DNA from: Carcharhinus longimanus
Lineage: Eukaryota
Assembly (NCBI GenBank): GCA_030264375.1
Contig: JASCQW010000002.1
Coordinates: 118,236-182,235, forward strand
Length of the DNA stretch: 64,000 nt
Reading direction: 5' to 3'
Under the pieces are notes generated by a model, which saw nothing but the letters and a program-made list of their open reading frames with translations, was not told the origin of the DNA and searched no databases. The position numbers and the translations under genes are program-made. Of this stretch, positions 37,458 to 49,820 are shown piece after piece; position 1 is the stretch's first letter; every line of letters begins with the position of its first letter.

Positions 37458-39312
37458 TTTGTTTCACTTCCCAATCAGTTGTTCTCAGATTCTGATCCGC
37501 TGTTGAACCATTCAATCGACTGTTCTCAGACCCTAACCCGATGTTGTAAAATGCGAGTCTGCTGCACTCAGATTCCGAACCATCCCTCATTCTTTGAACT
37601 ATTAATAGACGTGACAATCTCTCCAGAGGCACAGCTGGGTTCCAGGGAGAATGGCATTAATTACAGTTACTGAACAAACTGTTTTGGTTACCCCCTTACA
37701 ATCTATTTTGCACCAACATGAACAAGTGGTGGATAACATAGGATTGCTGAGGGAAAGGATATAGGAAATACTGCATTCACTGGCAAACTGGACCAACGTG
37801 AATTTGTACAGTTTTTTTTAAGGATGTGATTGTTTTTAATGGAGAGATTAAAGGTTATAAAACTTGTGAATTCAGCCTGTTGGTCAAATGTTGCTGATGA
37901 AGCTCGAGAGGCCACAAATAAATGCAACAAGATTCTGTGTTTGTAATGGAAATGTAATAAATGGAAATCATCACAAAAATGTGAATGGAAAATTATTTGA
38001 TGAACTTAGTCAAGTCATTGTTGTAGTACCTGACATGGCTGACAGGGAAAGAGATGTTCATGTTCTGTGTATGGGCTTCGCCAAATTGTGCAATCAAGAG
38101 CAGCATTAAATAATTGTCATGGAAACTACAATGTATCGATTCACGGGCACTGTCCGTGAAGATGTGATTTTGACAATACAGAGGGAAGAACAGAGGAATG
38201 GGGAAGGTCCATTCTTCATATGACATCAATTTTGCTTAAGTGATAAACAGTGAGCAGATGGAGCTGTGCATCAAGAAAAACTAAAGGAAACAAATGTTAA
38301 CTTGGAGATAAGGGGAGATACATGGTAAAATATATCAGATTTCTATTTGTGATGACTGATTAGGTTTCTGATAGACAGGGGAATTAAGGGTGATGGGGAG
38401 AAAGCGGGAAAGTGGAACTCATCCACTTCAGATCAGCCATGATCTTATTGAATGGCGGGGCAGGATCGAAGGGCTAGATGGCCCACTCCTGCTCCGATTT
38501 CTTATGTTCTTATGTCTCAGCTGGAATGGTGCGCCTCACTCTAAACACAAATATATTGAAATAGTATTTATTTATTCGTCACATGTAAGGCTTACATTAC
38601 ACTGCAATGAAGTTACTGTGAATTTTCCCTTTGTACTAGGTATATGTCGGTCGTGAATACTTCCTTCCAGCTGGGAGATATGATATACAGGGAAGAAGCA
38701 ATGCACTTAATTAAAAGTTCTTAATTTATTGTATCATTGCTGATATCAAAGAACAAAGAACAAAGAACAACAACAGCCCGGGAAACAGACCCTTCGGCCC
38801 AACGAGCCCGCGCCGCCATTTTAACAATACCAGTCCCCCCTCAACCCATGACCCTTATCTATTGTTTATGGCATTACTTTAGGGGAACTAATTTAGGGAC
38901 AATTTATTACTTCCAATCAGCCGAATAACACATCTTTGGGGTGTGGGAGGAAACCGGAGCGCCCGGAGAAAGCCCACGCAAGCATGGGGAGAATGCGCAA
39001 ACTCCCACAGACACTGGCCCAAATCCATGTGTCTGCTCAGCAAACAGTGATAGTCACTGAGCTGTCGTGTTGCCCGTCAGTTGGTTCAGTTTAAGTGAAC
39101 ACTAACGAGGTGAAGCACCAGGTGACTCTCAAAGCAACATCCAAGAGCAGCCCTCGCACGATCCCACCGTGTGTATGCCCCTCGTTGGACAACAGGCGGA
39201 CCCAATCACCTGTAAAGTGACCAATAATAACAGCCAGGTGACAAATGAGACAAAATAAGACACAGGTTCTAATTCACAATTGTTTGGGTAATGGCTACAA
39301 AAAATAATCATG

Positions 39313-39466
39313 GAGAATTAGAACATTATAATGTGAATTGGCTCCAGTGTATCACTGACAGAGACAGCTGGGCCCGGAGTCAGACTGGAACCTGAGAATT
39401 AGAACATTACAATGTGAATGACTGGCCCCAGTGTATCACTGACAGAGACAGCTGGGCCCGGAGTCA
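39313..39466. repeat. Approximately 81-bp tandem repeat, two units then a gap
   Basis: gagaattagaacatta...cagtgtatcactgacagagacagctgggcccggagtca at 39313 and again at 39394. Confidence 0.85.
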
Positions 39467-41212
39467 NNNNNNNNNNNNNNNNNNNNNNNNNNNNNNNNNN
39501 NNNNNNNNNNNNNNNNNNNNNNNNNNNNNNNNNNNNNNNNNNNNNNNNNNNNNNNNNNNNNNNNNNTAAATCAGAATGCAATGCTTTTGCCCGTAATACA
39601 AATGTTATAATGCGCTTGAAAGCCTGAAAAAGAAGAACAGCAATAAGAAAGATGACTTGTTCTGTTGATGAACAGAAAATACCAGGAGAACTGCCAGAAT
39701 AAGTTACATCTGTCAAATGAAACAAATGGATTCAAAATGGATGTTGTGTTTCAAAAGTGAACATTCAATTAGAAAATATAAATAAATGATTGCAAACAGG
39801 ATACGTTTGTCATTGCAATATAAGAGTTAGAAAGTTAAAAAAAAATGTTGATCTATTCTTGGAAAGGTAAAGTTGGGAGGGGATGTAGGGAGAAAAGGAG
39901 AAAAAAAAACAACTCACTGATGTCACTGATAAGATCTGAATGAGGATAGCGTTTAGACAAGGCCAGATCTGCTGTGCAGTCAACCCCAGAGAACACAGCA
40001 AGTAATGCATTGCATTGTGTGGTGAATGAACAGGAATTTTCTAAATTGGTACATTTATAGGGGACGTTTAAAGAGACAGTTAGTTCAGAGTTATTTAAGC
40101 CAAGATCAGTCTGGAACAGTCATAACAACTGCCCTAACATGTGACTTGCATGACAGTGTTTTTGTTAAATAATGTCTCTCTTATTTACTAAATTTCACTT
40201 TCATATAAATTAATCACAATAAGTTATTAACTGATTTCAGGAATCCGACACAAGGCACATTAATTACAATACTGTCTTGATAACTAGTTAAAATTTCAAT
40301 TCAGGACTTGTGCCCATCAACTTCCCACCTGAGCTGCCATTAAGCAAGACATAAGCGAGAAGTGTATTACACCAGGGGAAATGCAAACTGAGAAGTCGTT
40401 GGTGTATAACTGCCATTTTAAAAACCTTTTGATCGCAGCATTGAACACTTTGGAAGCAGGCTTGTCATGCTGTTGGTTTCATTGAGACGCGAGACATAAA
40501 CATTGCAAAAATCGAAGTCCAGTATGAAGATTGCAAAGACTGTTAGTTGGCATGTGGTGAAGACATTACAAATCTAGAGAACGCAAATAGCAATTTGCAT
40601 AAGGTAACAAATCAATGGTTTGGCGTTGACCATGGCATTCCAACAGAGAAAAAATCCAAATTAGGAGATTGTGAATAGATGGACAATAATAAGGTTAGTG
40701 CATTTGTAAAATATAACAATATTTCGTTAAAAAAGAGAAAAATAAATTCTGTGAAAATGAGCTTTGAAGCATTGGACAGAAAAAAATTAAAGGATGATTG
40801 GAAGTGGAAATTGGGTTATGAACATACTTGCATATTTCATGTTGGGTTCCAGCTGGTGAGATCGCAAAGAAGCGAGTGTGGGCATGAACAGATCAGGGTA
40901 CATTCCCAGATTGCCATCCATAGGAAAAAAAAATGAAGAGTTGCAGGGCACTTTCTGTTACCTCGCTCCCCATTACACCTCTGCCAAATGTTATATTCGT
41001 CTCCCCATTATTCTTGTATCCTTCCCCTTCTCACATATTTTATACTTCCTCAGTTCTATTCGGTGAGGTCTTGAGCATCCTGAACTTTGATCACATCATT
41101 CAACCATTTGTGAGATTAACACATGGAAGTAATTTAAGCCAATCTATTGCAAGCTGATAATTATTAACAAAACATTGCCTTTAATTTAATTTGGATTTTC
41201 CTTCCCCCACAG

Positions 41213-41414
41213 TTAATTTGGTGACCATTAGAATCCTGATTCGAGAATGTTGTGGCCTTTCCAAATGTGTCACTCGGTACCTGGTGGCCATGTCAATGGC
41301 AGATCTGTTGGTCGTTATCTTGGATCTTATATTGAGACACATCCCAATTGTTTATGATGAAGAATTTCATTTCCTGAAGTTTATCCCTGTGTGCAATATC
41401 CATGCAGTGCTGCT
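41213..41414 (+). CDS. GPR139/GPR142-like GPCR exon 2, 5' part (NLVTIRILIRECCGLSKCVTRYLVAMSMADLL...CNIHAVL), cut by gap
   Basis: ttttccttcccccacag acceptor; TM1-TM2-ECL1 Cys motifs. Confidence 0.88.
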
Positions 41415-43507
41415 NNNNNNNNNNNNNNNNNNNNNNNNNNNNNNNNNNNNNNNNNNNNNNNNNNNNNNNNNNNNNNNNNNNNNNNNNNNNNNNNNNNNNN
41501 NNNNNNNNNNNNNNAGCCTCCACCACTTCAACGGGCAGAGAATTCCAGAGATTCACCACCCTTTGAGTGAAGGAGTTCCTCCTCAACTCCGATCTAAAGT
41601 GCACCCTACCCCACTCCCGGCCCCCTTATTTTGAGGCTGTGCCCTCTAGTCCTGCTATCCTTTCTAAGCAGGAAGAATATCTCTTCCTCAACTGTATCCA
41701 GCCCCTTAATTATCTTATATGTCTCTACAAAACCCCGCCCCTCAGCCTTCTAAACTCTACCGAGTACAGACCCAGTCTATTCAATCTCTGCGACGCCCTG
41801 GGAAGGAAAATAAGAAAAAAAAATACTTTTGAATGTGATGACAATAACAATTTAATAAACTCATTTACAGATCTCCAGCTAACTTCCCTCAGTAAACTGA
41901 GACAAACACAGCTAAAGACAATATCGGGAGTAATATGTTGATCAGTGGGGCGGGATTCAACAACACAACGAAGGGTTACGTTTGAGAAGGGAATTACAAT
42001 CAAGTGTCCCAGGCATTAAAATGACGAACTGTTGAATAAGTATGAAGAAAGGTTTCACGCATAAAGTGTCAGATGGGAAGGAAAACCACACATTTCGTTA
42101 AGGTTAATATATTAGTAACAAATAAGGCTAACATTAACACTGCAATGAGGTTACAGTGAAATTCCCCGAGTCGCTACAGTCCACAGTCTTATTAGGTCAA
42201 TACAGGTCTTTCAGAATGTGACAATAACACACGGAGGGAACCTGTGCAGCCACGAAGAGAATATACACATTCCATAGAGACGCTGACCGAAACCAGAATC
42301 GAACGCAGGTCCCTGGTGTTGTGAAACTAACCACAGTGCGGAATAGACCGTTGGCCCCTGATAATCATGATCGTTAGGGGTAGTGGGGCTGGCTGTATTG
42401 GAGCAGTGAGCAGTAGTGGAGAGCATGGGTATCTCTAAACATGACCATGATCCTTTGAAGCTAATTTGTATTGACGGAAGAGAGTCCAATGCAAGTCAAG
42501 TAGCCAGGGCCGCTGGTGCTGTTGGTCAGGAAGGGGGAAGGGGAGGGGATTGGGAAGGGAGGGGGTGTTCTTGCGGTTTTGTGTGTGCACTGGTCGCTGT
42601 TGGTGAGTGGGAATGTGCAGGGTTCGTTCAGAAACGTTCTGATTGCATTCCCGTGTTTTGGAGGGGTAGATTTGAAATCTGCATTCTTGAAATAACAAGG
42701 AGCTGATGAACATTTTAGCAGTAAATTGGACTAGTTCACAAGAAAGGGCACTGTCTGAAAGGTCAAGCGGCTTTCAACAGACCTATATGTTTGCNNNNNN
42801 NNNNNNNNNNNNNNNNNNNNNNNNNNNNNNNNNNNNNNNNNNNNNNNNNNNNNNNNNNNNNNNNNNNNNNNNNNNNNNNNNNNNNNNNNNNNNNNNNNNN
42901 NNNNNNNNNNNNNNNNNNNNNNNNNNAGTTTGCATGGCAAAATGAGGGAGTGAAAAGCAAAGAATCAAATGTCTGCTTCAAACATTCTGTGTGGAACAAC
43001 TAATGAACAGAATTTCAGAATTGATGGGAAAGCAAAACAGACAGTAATGAGTGGGTCAGAACCAAACAGAAAACGGTCGGACTATGTCATTGTTGGAAGT
43101 GTGAATATGAATATCTAGAAGATTTGTAAACGCTACATCATTTATTTTACCTCGCAACAGAAACTGTTTTACCTGGAGCCTCTATGAAAGTCCCTATCAA
43201 CGGCTGTTAAAATACAGGTTTTAAATGAGCTGGAAATTATATCACAGTGTGAATTTAGCAACGAGATGAATATGTTTAAGAAATATAATCTGTCTATGTC
43301 ATTACTCTATTAGAACACAAGCAGTTAAGGCTCTCTGGCGGTGGAAGCCGATGTGCGGGCCGACTGGAGATTTATCACAATGGGATCTGGGGCTCAGTTT
43401 GTGATGANNNNNNNNNNNNNNNNNNNNNNNNNNNNNNNNNNNNNNNNNNNNNNNNNNNNNNNNNNNNNNNNNNNNNNNNNNNNNNNNNNNNNNNNNNNNN
43501 NNNNNNN

Positions 43508-43648
43508 ACTGAAGATGCTCACAGACCACACTGGCGTCTTCTAAACCAAAGTAAACATCACAGAGCGTCCCCCAGTGTTCTCCACGCAGCACTTCCACCC
43601 GGCCGGAGCACCTGTCCTTTCCACCAACCAATCTCGGCCCATGCTTTC
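43508..43648 (-). CDS. 5' half of an SRCR exon ([46 protein letters not shown])
   Basis: Canonical [18 protein letters not shown] motif. CAG acceptor at 43651-43649. Cut by gap. Confidence 0.92.
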
Positions 43649-44660
43649 CTGTTTCAATTACAAATACAGACTCAAATAACTTATTGAAATTAGAAGAAAC
43701 AAATGCCAGTTTTCTTTTTGTAAAGGAGAAAACACACTTCACATCTGCATCGACAGACATTTTCCACTATTCACAAACGATCAATTAGAACTAATTGACA
43801 TAATATGTGATGCTTGTGGGAAGGTATTTCAACCGAATGGGACCAGTCCATCCTGAAGGGAAAAGTTCATGTGCTATTGGCAGAATATAGTCCCTTTGGA
43901 GAAGGCCCGTAATATATTTGAAATAAACTACACAGTGTTTAAACATTGCATTACGATGTAATTGTAAAACGATCTCCTCTGGAGCAACAACCTGAGCCTA
44001 AAATGGTAGATGTACTTCTAAAATTAGACAGCATCTCGCACCAGGAAGTTGAGCAAGTAAATGTCGTTCGAAAAAGTATTGCATTATTCTGAGAATAATG
44101 CACATTATTGACGCGTTTTCCATGCTTTGAAATCTCCAATATACATGCGTACAATTTTCCACGTTTTACTGGATGTAAAACATGGACTCGCAATATTGTT
44201 ACTGATCTCATCCAATTATTTTCTTCAATGAAAGATAACTGAAATGCAAAACCCTTCATTTACTCTGTTGTGTCAATATCCTCTTTCAATGCAAACAGAG
44301 TTACAGTCTGCTATTGTCCATACAGTGGGATCATCGCTTGGGAAGTAGGGCACGGCTGCTAGCAGCTCCACAAGGAACGCCGTATCACATATTTCAGAGA
44401 AGTCTATGTTTGGCCAGGGTATTAAATCAGCAATAATTGTTTGCTAATTTCAGATCATTAATAAAAATACAAATATTTGAGATTTGCAAAAAGTGATCAT
44501 TCTTTGAAATTTTGTTCCAAACGTACAACAAAGAACATTGAAATATGAAGGTCTGGTTAGATATGTCCATGTTAGAGACAAATAGAGCTGTCATCTCTCC
44601 GTTGTTGAAATATTAAGAACTGTTTTTCTCTAAAATTAACATTCACAAGCCTGCACTCAT

Positions 44661-44737
44661 CGGAACAGATCACACTGACATCGTTCCTGTGGGTGCACCT
44701 GGACCGATTTACAGGAACAAGGGGGCAGTCCGTCAGG
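44661..44737 (-). CDS. 3' end of an SRCR exon (LTDCPLVPVNRSRCTHRNDVSVICS) with a non-canonical donor (ATGAGT)
   Basis: Near-identical to the end of the 45139 exon. The expected GTGAGT reads ATGAGT at 44660-44655. Confidence 0.8.
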
Positions 44738-44837
44738 NNNNNNNNNNNNNNNNNNNNNNNNNNNNNNNNNNNNNNNNNNNNNNNNNNNNNNNNNNNNNNN
44801 NNNNNNNNNNNNNNNNNNNNNNNNNNNNNNNNNNNNN

Positions 44838-45139
44838 ATTGACATCGTTCCTGTGGGTGCACCTGGACCGATTTACAGGATCAAGGGGGCAGTCCGTCAG
44901 GCCTTTCTCGCTCCCTTTACATTTAAATCTATCGTTCCATATAAGTCCAGCACCCTTCCCAAAATCAGCCCCGTTTCTAATGGAAACGGCGACTCCACAC
45001 TGCAGCTCAGCACAGATCACTGTGGCGGCATTCCAATCCAAGTGACGGTCACACACTGTACCAGAATCTATATGGTTATGGATCTCCAATCTGCCGGAGC
45101 ATGGGGAAGGCCCGGATACTAGTTTTGGTAATCTGTGGG
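44838..45139 (-). CDS. Group B SRCR exon (HRLPKLVSGPSPCSGRLEI...GTVCD...VICAELQCG...FKCKGSEKGLTDC...RCTHRNDV), end lost in gap
   Basis: CAG acceptor at 45142-45140; seven of the eight group B cysteines visible before the gap. Confidence 0.9.
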
Positions 45140-46164
45140 CTGAATAACAACAAATCACAAAACACTAATTATTATCAAAAAAAAATCACATCCGCTTAAT
45201 TAGATTCTACCATGATTGGTTCCGAATTGGTTTCCCATTAGCCCCCCTTAATCAAAAGATGAATAGTTCAGGGGATTTATCGAGGGGAAAACATTGGGTG
45301 CGACCTGGGTTAGATGGTCTGTCGGGGAGTCTCAACGGGCTGAATCTCCTTCTTCTGCATTAAGAAATTCTATAATAAAAGATGTTCCATCATGTTCAAT
45401 CGGTGTCAATTATTATTCTCTGCAGAAGCCGTGTTCAGTCTTGCAGCGATTCCCCTGGAACACTCTTACCCATCTCCCCTTAACTTGAAAACACTGCTGC
45501 TCTATCTCAATCAGTTCTGAGTATTACTGCCCCCTACCGCCTGTTGATGGGAAATATCACAATGTGCAACAGGCGGACCTGGATCAATAACATATCGAAT
45601 TGTTTGCCCAGGGACGTTCTAACTGATAGACATCAAACTAATTCTAAATGTGTTTCTTAGGTGCTGAAGCGTGTTGAGAATGTGAGTTCTCAAATCACCT
45701 CAACCAGAAATGTAACGATGGATCCCAGAATGTCTAAAGAGCGATTAGCAAACAACACTCGAGCATTATTGAGGGTCCATGGGCACTGGTAAAATGTAAT
45801 GTCCAGATACGAAATGTAATCAAAAATCCTCCTAGAATTTGAGCATTTCTATTTTGACGGCGAGAGCATGAAGGGGGAGAGCTTCCGCTTCAAGTTTCAA
45901 GAACATTGTTTCGTCCGTATCTGGAAGGGAAATGAACGAGAACTGCATCCCTGAAATCATCTCCTGTTCTGGAAAGCAGTCCAGTGGGAGTGTCCCAGGC
46001 TCCTGGTTACTGAGTCTTGACAACATCTCCTTCTATCAGTTTACACTGTGTGAAATCTGCCTGANNNNNNNNNNNNNNNNNNNNNNNNNNNNNNNNNNNN
46101 NNNNNNNNNNNNNNNNNNNNNNNNNNNNNNNNNNNNNNNNNNNNNNNNNNNNNNNNNNNNNNNN

Positions 46165-49100
46165 TAACAATGATAAAGTTACTCGAATATCTCTGCACCA
46201 CCGTCCACAATACGGACAGTGCGTCATTTATTTCCAATGCAAACAGCCCTCAACTATCCTTACTAACACTTCACAAACAATATCGCACAACTTCCACTTA
46301 TGTTTTAATCATTGCCAGAATTGTGGGAAAACATTTCAATATTTACTCAAAATGTTCACAATTTCAGCGGTCCAACTGGAATTTTTGGAGCCTCTTCCTA
46401 TTTTTTGGTCCACTTTTCAGCTTTCAGTAATTCTCCCACTGAATCAGTGACCCATTTCAAAAAGACAGAATAAAGAAAAGTACAGCGCAGAAACAGATCC
46501 TTCGGTCCTTCAATCCCCTGTCCATCATGATGTCCAACTAAGATAAAAAACCTGCTGTCCTATTTCCATCGGTATCCTTCTATTTCCTCCTTATTCATGT
46601 ACCATCCAGATGCCTCTTGAATGTTGTTAATGTGTCGAATTCCATCATCCCCTCTTGCAGCGCCTCGCAGACATGCACTACTTTCTGAGCTTCTTTCACA
46701 CATCTTCCTTCAACTTTCTCCCTCTCACCTGAAGCCAGTGTCCCCTTTCCTCCTGCAACAGATCACTAATGACTCTAACAAACAATGAAATAGAAGGTGC
46801 TGGTCAGCAGCCCGATTTGCTGGAAATCCCAGCCATCACCTGAATCATTTGTGTACCGTGTAGATGATACACAGCAACAAATGGCCAAGACACATTCGCA
46901 GCTCATACCAAACCCGCAATTTCTACCACCTAGAAGTGCAAGGACAGACCTACAGCAATACCCTGAATTGCTCATTCCCTTCTAAGTCGGTCAACATGCT
47001 GAGTTGGGACGATATCGGGGTTTCTTTATTTTCGTGTGAGCTCAATCCCTAATGTCACTCTGCCTGCACCAGTGCATCATGTACTGCAGCCAGGCAGCAA
47101 AAAAAGGCTCAGAGATCAATTCCTGAAGACATCTGGGTGCAGACAATAAATGCTGCCATTGCCAGGGACACTGACCTCACAAGAATTTGCATAATAATAA
47201 TAAGAGTGTAAAGGCCTTGGCTGAATTTGGGGTATTAACTTTTTTTTGAAAGAGATACAGAGACATGGAAATGTTGGGACTGTAAAATGTCGGCCCATTT
47301 AAAGACAACAAAACGCCATTTGCATAAAACAGTAAGGCAGCAAATGCATCTCCCCGTGACTGACTATTCGATCTGTCANNNNNNNNNNNNNNNNNNNNNN
47401 NNNNNNNNNNNNNNNNNNNNNNNNNNNNNNNNNNNNNNNNNNNNNNNNNNNNNNNNNNNNNNNNNNNNNNNNNNNNNNTTGCTCCACTTTTCAGCGTTCA
47501 GTAATTCTCCCACTGAATCAGTGACCCATTTCAAAAACACAGAATAAAGAAAAGTGCAGCACAGAGACAGACCCTTCGGTCCTTCAATCCCCTATCCATC
47601 ATGATGCCCAACTAAGAAAACAAAACATGCTGTCCTATTTCCATCCGTATCCTTCTATTTCCTCCTTATTCATGTACCATCCAGATGCCTCTTAAATGTT
47701 GCCAATGTGTCAAATTCTATCACCTCCTCTGGAGGCTCTTTCTATGCATGCACTACTTTCTGAGCTTCTTTCACACATCTTCCTTCAACTTTCTCCCTCT
47801 CACCTGAAGCCTGTGCCCCCTTTCCTCCTGCAACAGGTCATTAATGACACGAACAAGCAATGGAATAGAAGGTGCTGGTCGGCAGCCTGATTTGCTGGAA
47901 ATCCCAGCCATCACCTGAATCATTTGTGAACCGTGTCGGTGATACACAGCAACAAATGACCAAAACTCATTCCCAGTTCATTCCAAACCCGCGAGTTCTA
48001 CCACCTAGAAGTACAAGGACAGACCTACAGCAATACCCTGAATTGCTCATTCACTTCCAAGTCGGTCAACATGGTGAGTTTGGACAATATCGGGGTTGCT
48101 TCATTGTCGTGTGATCTCAGTCCCTAATGTCACTATGCCTGCACCAGTGCATCATGTACTGCAGCCAGGCAGCTAAAAAGGCTCAGAGATCAATTCCTGA
48201 AGACATCTGGGTGCAGACAATAAATGCTGCCATTGCCAGGGACACTGACTTCACAAGAGGTAGCATAATAATAATGAGTGCAAAGGCCTTGGCTGAATTT
48301 GGGGTATTAACTTTTTTTGAAAGAGATACAGAGACATGGAAATTTTGATACTGTAAAATGTAGGCCCATTTAAAGACAACAACACGCCATTTGCATAAAA
48401 CAGTAAGGCAGCAAATACATCTCCCCGTGACAGACTATTCGATCTATCAATAATATTTTAACTTAAACTATGAGACCTAACAAGTAATAAATAATTGTCG
48501 GTGTTACGAGTGGAATTAATTACATAACATCGTATTCGTAGTTGAAAACCGCCGTTAAACACTGGGACCATTTAGCTCGCAGCAGGAAGGACAGATTATG
48601 ATTCGCTCGTGGAACTATAATTTTCAAATGTATGGTCACACCAAATTAACACTTATAAGATATCACATTCAGAATGTAAGCGGACACTTATCCAATCTTT
48701 GCGAGACAGGGTGATACTTTTCTGGGGTCTGGAGGCCGAAGCTAACGGTACAAAATGGCTCAAAACATTTTACAAGGAAACGGTGGAGTTTGCCAATCTA
48801 GAATGAGTGACGAGTTCNNNNNNNNNNNNNNNNNNNNNNNNNNNNNNNNNNNNNNNNNNNNNNNNNNNNNNNNNNNNNNNNNNNNNNNNNNNNNNNNNNN
48901 NNNNNNNNNNNNNNNNNTGAATCATTTGTGTACCGTGTAGATGCTACACAGCAACAAATGACCGAAAGTCATTCTCAGTTCATTCCAAACCCGCGAATTC
49001 TACCACCTAGAAGTACAAGGGCAGACCTACAGCAATACCCTGAATTGCTCATTCACTTCTAAGTCGGCCAACATTGGACGATATCGGGGTTGCTTCATTC

Positions 49101-49820
49101 TCATGTGACCTCAGTCCCTCATCTCACTATGCTTGCACCAGTGCATCATGTACTGCAGCCAGGCAGCAAAAAAAGGCTCAGAGAGCAATTCCTGAAGACA
49201 TCTGGGTACAGACAATAAACGCTGCCATTACCAGGGACACTGACTTCACAAGAATTTGCATAATAATAATAAGAGTGCAAAGGCCTTGGCTGAATGTGGG
49301 GTATTAACTTTTTTTGGAAAGAGATACAGAGACATAGAAAGTTTGGGACTGTAAGATGTAGGCCCGTTTAAATACCACAAAACGCCATTAGCATAAAACA
49401 GTTAGGCAGCAAATACATCTCCCCGTGACTGACTATTCGATCTATCAATAATATTTTAACTTAAACTATGGGGCCTAACACGTAGTAAATAAATGTCGGT
49501 GTTACGAGTGGAATTAATTACATAACATCGTATTCGGAGTTGGAAACTACCGTTAAACACTGGGACCGTTTAGCTCGCAGCAGGAAGGACAGATTATGAT
49601 TCGCTCGTGGAACTATAATTTTCAAATGTATGGCCATACCAAATTAACACTTATAAGGTATCACATTTAGAGTATCAGCGGACACTTATCAAATCTTTGC
49701 GAGACAGGGTGTTTTTTTTCCCCTCGGGTCTGGAGGCCGAAGCTAACGGTGTAAAATTGTTCAAAACATTTTACAAGGAAACAGTGGAGTTTGCCAATCT
49801 AAAATGAGTGACGAGTTTTC
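46165..49820 (+). repeat. Three overlapping diverged copies of the same non-coding segment (46165-47378, 47479-48817, 48918-49820), also matching 26032-26361
   Basis: Collinear near-identical blocks, e.g. cagacctacagcaataccctgaattgctcatt near 46946, 48020 and 49022. Confidence 0.88.

Noticed and set aside
45832-45920. Possible minus-strand terminal exon (DTDETMFLKLEAEALPLHALAVKIEMLKF*) after ttcccttccag
   Set aside because: Only an acceptor-like motif, with no recognisable homology or second copy to test conservation. It lies in the inferred intron between SRCR exons.
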